A stretch of 64,000 bases of DNA. Origin: Bacteroidota bacterium (lineage in GTDB: Bacteria > Bacteroidota > Bacteroidia > NS11-12g > UBA955). Positions 58,675 through 64,000 of the stretch are shown here, piece after piece (the stretch's first letter is position 1; each line of letters begins with the position of its first letter). Below the pieces are notes generated by a model, which made no database searches, was not told the DNA's origin, and was given only the letters and a program-made list of their open reading frames with translations. A program made the translations under genes and the position numbers. The DNA lies in contig JAQCBH010000001.1 in the NCBI GenBank assembly GCA_027621365.1, forward strand, positions 200,724-264,723, in the 5' to 3' direction.

Positions 58675-60184
58675 TTTTCTTGATCAAACTCACTCCAGTC
58701 ATGTCTTCGGGCTGCACCAAACCCATGAGTTCCAAAATGGAAGGTGCCACGTCGGCCAATTTCCCTTTGTTCAACTCGGCTCCTTGAGGGCCGTTGATCA
58801 ACCAGCAGGGAACGGGATTGGTCGAATGGGCGGTATTGGGAGTTCCATCTTCATTCAAGGCTACATCTGCGTTGCCGTGATCGGCCATCACCAAAATCGC
58901 ATAGCCCATGTTCGTCAAAGCAGTGGCCAATCGCTGAAGCTGTGCATCAACCGTTTCAACCGCTTCAACTATGGCTGAATAGACTCCTGTGTGACCCACC
59001 ATATCGGCATTGGCATAGTTGAGGCAGACGAAATCAGCGGCTTCTTGCCCTAGGGCTTCCAAAGCCAAATCGGTTAATTCAACCGCACTCATCGAAGGCT
59101 GCAAGTCATAGGTAGCCACTTTGGGTGAAGCCGCCATGATGCGACGCTCACCCTCAAAAGGCTGTTCTTGACCCCCTGAGAAGAAGAAAGTCACATGCGG
59201 ATATTTCTCTGTTTCGGCAGCCCTAATCTGGGTTTTCCCCGATTGGGCCAGTACCTCGCCTAGGGTGTTGTGCAAGTTCTGGTTTTCAAACAACACGCCG
59301 CTGATGGAAAAAGTCTCATCGTAGGTCGTGAAGGTGTAGACCTGCAAATCCAATTTGGACATGCCATGCTCTGCAAAATCTTGCTGACTCAAGGCTCTTG
59401 TCAATTGACGACCTCGGTCTGTTCTGAAATTGGCAAACAATACCGTATCGCCCTCCTGGATCAACCCTTCTGTACCCTCTAAGCAGCGAATGGGTTTTAC
59501 AAACTCATCCGTCACGCCATTTTGATAAGAAGATTCAATGCCCTGAATAGGCTCGCTGCGCTCGCCTACCCCCCGTACCATCAAGTCATAAGCGACCTTG
59601 ACCCGCTCCCATCGCTGATCGCGGTCCATCGCGTAGTAGCGTCCGACCAAGGTACTCAGCTTAGCTCCTGTATGAGCCGTTTGGTCTACAAAATGCTCGA
59701 CAAAAGCCTTACCCGACTGAGGATCGGTATCTCGACCGTCCAAAAATGCGTGGACATAGACCCGTTTCACTCCGTTTGATTGGGCCAATTTGCACAAGGC
59801 GATCATGTGATCTATGTGAGCGTGCACGCCACCATCTGACATCAAGCCCAAGATGTGCAGAGCCTTGTCTTCTCCAACACCCGCAAAACAGCGCTGCAGC
59901 ATGGGGTTATCACCCAAGCTACCGTCTTGCACCGATTTGTTGATGCGCGCCAGCATTTGCCAAACCACACGACCAGCGCCGATATTCATATGGCCCACCT
60001 CTGAATTCCCCATCTGGCCCGTGGGCAAACCCACGTTTTCTCCGTCGGTCAACAGTGTGGAATGAGGCACTGAGGCATTGAGAGAATCCGCATAGGGAGT
60101 ACTTGCACAAGCGATGGCATCCGATTTGCTTTGGTTCCCTAGACCCCAGCCATCCAAGATAATCAATGCGGCTTTTGAAGACAT
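58667..60184 (-). CDS. gpmI: 2,3-bisphosphoglycerate-independent phosphoglycerate mutase
   Basis: The start at MSSKAALIILDGWG matches the iPGM family N-terminus, with conserved regions throughout. The ORF-track start at 60235 adds 17 non-conserved aa. Confidence 0.9.
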   Translation of the reverse strand: MSSKAALIILDGWGLGNQSKSDAIACASTPYADSLNASVPHSTLLTDGENVGLPTGQMGNSEVGHMNIGAGRVVWQMLARINKSVQDGSLGDNPMLQRCFAGVGEDKALHILGLMSDGGVHAHIDHMIALCKLAQSNGVKRVYVHAFLDGRDTDPQSGKAFVEHFVDQTAHTGAKLSTLVGRYYAMDRDQRWERVKVAYDLMVRGVGERSEPIQGIESSYQNGVTDEFVKPIRCLEGTEGLIQEGDTVLFANFRTDRGRQLTRALSQQDFAEHGMSKLDLQVYTFTTYDETFSISGVLFENQNLHNTLGEVLAQSGKTQIRAAETEKYPHVTFFFSGGQEQPFEGERRIMAASPKVATYDLQPSMSAVELTDLALEALGQEAADFVCLNYANADMVGHTGVYSAIVEAVETVDAQLQRLATALTNMGYAILVMADHGNADVALNEDGTPNTAHSTNPVPCWLINGPQGAELNKGKLADVAPSILELMGLVQPEDMTGVSLIKKNG

Positions 60185-60234
60185 ATCACAAAGGTAGGCA
60201 CGGCATGACCTTTTTCGCGATATTTGTACGACCA

Positions 60235-60639
60235 ATGCGCGGCACTTTGCTGACTATAGCGACTCTTTTTTGGGCTACAACACTGTGTGCCCAACAACCC
60301 CTAAAACCCCGAATCGACATGCCCTACGCGGTGAACCAATTGCGCAACCAGCGATTGGAATCCAGAAAGGGAAATGGGCAGACCATCAACGGTTATCGCC
60401 TGTTCATGGGTTTGTCCAACAGCCGATCAGAGGCCATCGCCTTGCAGCAAGAAATCAATCACGCCCTGGCAGGCAGCTATGTGGCCGAAGTCGTCTACGA
60501 CGAGCCCAACTTCAAGTTGTACATTGGCCGTTTTTACAGCCAAGCCGAAGCCAATCGAGCCTTGTACAGCATTCGCCCTTACTACCCCGCCTGTCGATCC
60601 ATTCGATTGCCCCTGCCCGTGCCCAATACTGCTCCCTGA
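60235..60639 (+). CDS. SPOR-domain protein (peptidoglycan-binding)
   Basis: Signal peptide MRGTLLTIATLFWATTLCAQ and a C-terminal SPOR domain (GYRLFMGLSNSRSEAIALQQEI...YIGRFYSQAEANRAL). The stop TGA overlaps the fur ATG by 1 nt. Confidence 0.6.
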   Translation: MRGTLLTIATLFWATTLCAQQPLKPRIDMPYAVNQLRNQRLESRKGNGQTINGYRLFMGLSNSRSEAIALQQEINHALAGSYVAEVVYDEPNFKLYIGRFYSQAEANRALYSIRPYYPACRSIRLPLPVPNTAP

Positions 60640-61133
60640 TGAAAATCGATCCACAACAGAAAAAAATCAAAGCTCAAGTACGGGAATTGTTCACGGCCTA
60701 TCTCGAAAAGAACAAGCAGCGCAAAACCCCTGAGCGATACGCCATCTTGGACGAAATCTATTCGAACAAGGAGCACTTTGACGTCGACAGTTTGTTCGTC
60801 AAAATGAAATCTCGGAATTACCAGGTTAGCCGGGCTACGGTTTACAACACCTTGGATCTATTGGTGGAAGCTGAATTGGTCAAAAAGCACCAATTTGGAC
60901 AAAATACCAGCCACTACGAACAGGCCTACGGTTACCGCCAGCACGATCACTTGATTTGCAATCGCTGCAAAGATGTGTTGGAATTTTGCGACCCCCGGGT
61001 GCAGCAAATCTCCAATACCATGGGCTCCTTGCTCAAGTTCCAAGTGGGGCAACATTCTTTACATTTATACGGCGATCCTCTTCTCACCGAAAAGGGAGAT
61101 TGCCAACACTGCAATAAAAATCTCTATCCATAA
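60639..61133 (+). CDS. Fur family transcriptional regulator
   Basis: 164 aa from the internal Met MKIDPQQKK. Has the winged-helix domain and CxxC metal-site motifs (CNRC and CQHC). Confidence 0.85.
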   Translation: MKIDPQQKKIKAQVRELFTAYLEKNKQRKTPERYAILDEIYSNKEHFDVDSLFVKMKSRNYQVSRATVYNTLDLLVEAELVKKHQFGQNTSHYEQAYGYRQHDHLICNRCKDVLEFCDPRVQQISNTMGSLLKFQVGQHSLHLYGDPLLTEKGDCQHCNKNLYP

Positions 61134-61139
61134 CGATTC

Positions 61140-62405
61140 ATGGTTGACGTAATTCTAGGCCTCCAATGGGGCGACGAAGGAAAAGGCAAGATTGCCGACT
61201 TTTTAACTCCCCAATACCATGTAGTGGCCCGTTTCCAAGGCGGCCCCAACGCCGGGCACTCCTTGGAATTTGAAGGCAAGAAATTTGTCTTGAACACCAT
61301 TCCTTCTGGCATTTTTCGACAGGACACCTTGAATCTTATTGGCAATGGCGTGGTCATTGATCCCGTGCGTTTGCAACAAGAAATCGGTCGCATTTCTGAC
61401 GAATGTCCGAACTACAAAGAGCGATTGCTGATCTCCAAAAAGGCGCACTTGATTCTGCCCACTCACCGCATACTGGACGCGGCCTCTGAGGCCTCGAAGG
61501 GTGCCGGCAAAATCGGCAGCACCTTGCGCGGCATTGGCCCCACTTACCGAGACAAAGTGGGTCGTAGCGGTTTGCGCGTCGGCGATATCCTTCACAGCGA
61601 TTTTACGACCCTATACCGCCAAGCGACCGAGGCACATTTGCGTTTGATCGAACATTACGGGTATACCGATTTCGATTTGGAAACCGAAGAAACGTCCTTC
61701 TTTGAAGCCGTTGAATTCCTGAAGGGCCATCAGCTCATCAATAGCGAGTACTTCATCAACGATTGCATTGCTCAAGGCAAGAAAATCTTGGCTGAGGGTG
61801 CACAAGGCTCTATGCTGGACATCGAATTCGGCACCTATCCTTTCGTCACCTCTTCCACCACCTTGTCAGGCGGGGTATGCTCCGGCTTGGGCATTGCACC
61901 CAAACACATCGGCAAGGTCTACGGCATCTTCAAGGCCTATTGCACCCGAGTGGGCTCTGGCCCCTTCCCCACTGAATTGTTTGATCAAACGGGCGAAGAT
62001 TTGCGCCGAATTGGCCACGAATATGGGGCTACGACGGGGCGTGAGCGTCGCTGCGGATGGCTCGACCTAGTGGCTTTGAAATACGCTTGCATGTTGAATG
62101 GCGTCGATGAACTGATCATGATGAAAGGTGATGTATTGAACGGCATGGACAGCATTTCAGCCGCTACCGCTTATCAATACGAGGGAGCCGAACACAAGCA
62201 AGTTCCTTCCAACATGGTGAATACCCCTGTTGAGCCTGTGTATTCTCAGCACAAAGGATGGTCAAAAGACATTGACTTGAGCAAAGGCTACGAAGCCATG
62301 GACCAAGAGTTCCGTGATTACATCGAGTACATCGAGCAATACATAGGTCACCGCATTTCGGTCATTTCCATGGGCCCAGAGCGAGAGAAAACCTTGCAAC
62401 GCTAA
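61140..62405 (+). CDS. purA: Adenylosuccinate synthetase
   Basis: 421 aa. The N-terminal P-loop GLQWGDEGKGK is a PurA hallmark. Confidence 0.95.
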   Translation: MVDVILGLQWGDEGKGKIADFLTPQYHVVARFQGGPNAGHSLEFEGKKFVLNTIPSGIFRQDTLNLIGNGVVIDPVRLQQEIGRISDECPNYKERLLISKKAHLILPTHRILDAASEASKGAGKIGSTLRGIGPTYRDKVGRSGLRVGDILHSDFTTLYRQATEAHLRLIEHYGYTDFDLETEETSFFEAVEFLKGHQLINSEYFINDCIAQGKKILAEGAQGSMLDIEFGTYPFVTSSTTLSGGVCSGLGIAPKHIGKVYGIFKAYCTRVGSGPFPTELFDQTGEDLRRIGHEYGATTGRERRCGWLDLVALKYACMLNGVDELIMMKGDVLNGMDSISAATAYQYEGAEHKQVPSNMVNTPVEPVYSQHKGWSKDIDLSKGYEAMDQEFRDYIEYIEQYIGHRISVISMGPEREKTLQR

Positions 62406-62417
62406 ATCCATCTTAGC

Positions 62418-63026
62418 ATGAAAATCATTTGCATAGGCCGCAACTACGCCGCTCACATAGACGAGCTACGCAACGAGCGACCCAGCGAACCCGTGATTTT
62501 CATCAAACCCGATAGTGCCCTGCTTCGAAACGGGAATCCCTTTGTGCGACCCGATTTCAGCCAGAACATTCACTACGAACTCGAGTTGGTCGTCAAAATC
62601 AAGAAACCAGGCAAGGCCATACCCCGAGCCTTTGCCCCCGACTACTATGACGAAGTCAGCCTAGGCATTGACATGACCGCCCGAGATGTGCAAGATGCTT
62701 TGAAAGCCAAAGGGCTTCCCTGGGAAAAAGCCAAAGCCTTCGACCATTCAGCCGTCATCGGCACTTTTCGCACCAAAGAGGGCTTGAACCTCAACGACTG
62801 CCGCTTTCGACTGGAGAAAAACGGGCAAATCGTGCAAGATGGCCATACGGCTATGATGCTGTGGTCGGTTGATGAGATCATCGAACACGTCTCTCAGTAC
62901 TTCATGCTCAAAACCGGCGATTACATCTACACGGGTACCCCCGCTGGAGTTGGGCCGATAGCTTCAGGTGATCGATTGGTTGGGTACTTGGAAGACCAGC
63001 TGTTGCTCGAAACCACGGTGATATAG
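62418..63026 (+). CDS. Fumarylacetoacetate hydrolase (FAH) family protein
   Basis: 202 aa with the FAH fold and metal-binding ExE/D motifs. Confidence 0.85.
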   Translation: MKIICIGRNYAAHIDELRNERPSEPVIFIKPDSALLRNGNPFVRPDFSQNIHYELELVVKIKKPGKAIPRAFAPDYYDEVSLGIDMTARDVQDALKAKGLPWEKAKAFDHSAVIGTFRTKEGLNLNDCRFRLEKNGQIVQDGHTAMMLWSVDEIIEHVSQYFMLKTGDYIYTGTPAGVGPIASGDRLVGYLEDQLLLETTVI

Positions 63027-63094
63027 TCCAAATTGGGTATAAGTGTCATCTAGACAATAAGGCTTTTCTCCCTGAATCAATTTACTTTGTGGAC

Positions 63095-64000
63095 ATGAAG
63101 GCATTGTCTACCTTTCTCGTTTGCACGGCGGCGTTTTTTATGCCTAGCCACTCTGAGGCAAAAAGCGCAGCGAACAATCCCGTTCAGCACCTCACTCCCG
63201 TTCATTGGTACATTGGTTTTTCCAATCCTGAATTGGAAATCATCGTACACGCTCCCGGGGCCGCCTATTACAACTATACGCTCAAGGCCTATGCTGGGGT
63301 TCAGATGAAGAGCCAAACTTCAGGAGCTCATCCTGACATTGCTTACATTCATCTTACCATAGATCCTTCGACCCAACCTGGATCGCTGTCCATACAGGCC
63401 AAAGCCAAAACGGGCGTAGAACGATTGCCCAGCTTTGCCTTTCCTTATGAACTCAAGGCGCGACGCCAGGCCGATCAACGCGCGGAACCGATCATGCCCA
63501 GCGATGTCATGTACTTGATTTTCCCCGATCGCTTTGCCAATGGCGATCCGAGCAACGACAATGCCACTACACGAAACAACGAACAGGCCGATCGTGGCGC
63601 CTTGCGCGCAAGGCACGGAGGGGATTTGGCGGGCATCTCCCAACATCTCGACTACTTGCAAGATTTGGGCATCAATGCCTTGTGGTTGAATCCCGTTCAA
63701 GAGAGCGATCAAGCCGATGAAAGCTTTCATGGATACGCCATCACAGACCATTACCGCATTGACCCTCGTTTTGGCAGCAATCAAGAGTACCTCTCCCTCT
63801 GCGCCAACATGATAAATAGAGGCATGAAAATGGTCATGGACATCATCCCCAATCATCCCGGCGATGGCCATTGGATGTACCTAAACTCGGACACCGGTTG
63901 GTTCCATTTTCGCGACAGTTTTGTGCGCTCCAATTTCCGCGCCCAAAGCAACCATGACCCATATGCCGACCCTTCAGAGCGGCTATTGAACACCGATGGC
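63095..64000 (+). CDS. Glycoside hydrolase family 13 alpha-amylase-like protein (3' partial)
   Basis: My own translation from ATG 63095 gives a signal peptide plus an N-terminal domain. The GH13 conserved regions follow: DRFANGDPSND, GGDLAGI, LGINALWLNP, GYAITDHYRIDPRFG and KMVMDIIPNH. The ORF runs off the window end. Confidence 0.85.
   Translation, partial: MKALSTFLVCTAAFFMPSHSEAKSAANNPVQHLTPVHWYIGFSNPELEIIVHAPGAAYYNYTLKAYAGVQMKSQTSGAHPDIAYIHLTIDPSTQPGSLSIQAKAKTGVERLPSFAFPYELKARRQADQRAEPIMPSDVMYLIFPDRFANGDPSNDNATTRNNEQADRGALRARHGGDLAGISQHLDYLQDLGINALWLNPVQESDQADESFHGYAITDHYRIDPRFGSNQEYLSLCANMINRGMKMVMDIIPNHPGDGHWMYLNSDTGWFHFRDSFVRSNFRAQSNHDPYADPSERLLNTDG

Noticed and set aside
63320-63871. 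183-aa minus-strand ORF near the window end
   Set aside because: It lies antisense within the GH13 alpha-amylase gene. That gene's plus-strand translation contains every canonical GH13 conserved region, while the antisense ORF has no features.

Overview
This 64 kb window looks like a chromosomal core segment from a Bacteroidetes-type genome (roughly 50% GC, Cytophagia-like gene order). Lineage, families and named motifs are recalled from memory; no search was run.

The centre (27.6-40.5 kb, minus strand) is the conserved transcription/translation cluster: four tRNAs (Thr-Tyr-Gly-Thr), tuf, tRNA-Trp, secE, nusG, rplK, rplA, rplJ, rplL, rpoB, rpoC. It ends in a hairpin terminator shared with a convergent ABC exporter gene.

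Other housekeeping genes include rpsU, a xerC-like recombinase, hpf, tdk, a deoxynucleoside kinase, gcvT, dnaA (with an AT-rich upstream region carrying DnaA-box-like motifs), dgkA, aspS, thiL, gpmI, a Fur-family regulator, purA, an Nfu-Mrp Fe-S pair and an IscA homologue.

The most unusual part is the first ~6 kb. It holds a tightly coupled minus-strand operon: outer-membrane porin, Tat-secreted 5'-nucleotidase/SoxB-like metallophosphoesterase, TauE/SafE sulfite exporter, membrane-anchored diheme cytochrome c, TPMT-family methyltransferase and a CstB/ETHE1-like metallo-beta-lactamase (partial). I read this as a reduced-sulfur (sulfide/thiosulfate/sulfite) oxidation or detoxification locus with an atypical composition.

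Smaller observations: a TonB-dependent-receptor-like protein with a His-rich C-terminal tail flanked by small secreted proteins; a possible small RNA between the ABC exporter and rpoC; and dispersed ComEC/ComEA-like genes. I saw no CRISPR array, insertion sequence or obvious defence island.

Several ORF-track models begin upstream of the likely true start. Proposed starts are given in the features.
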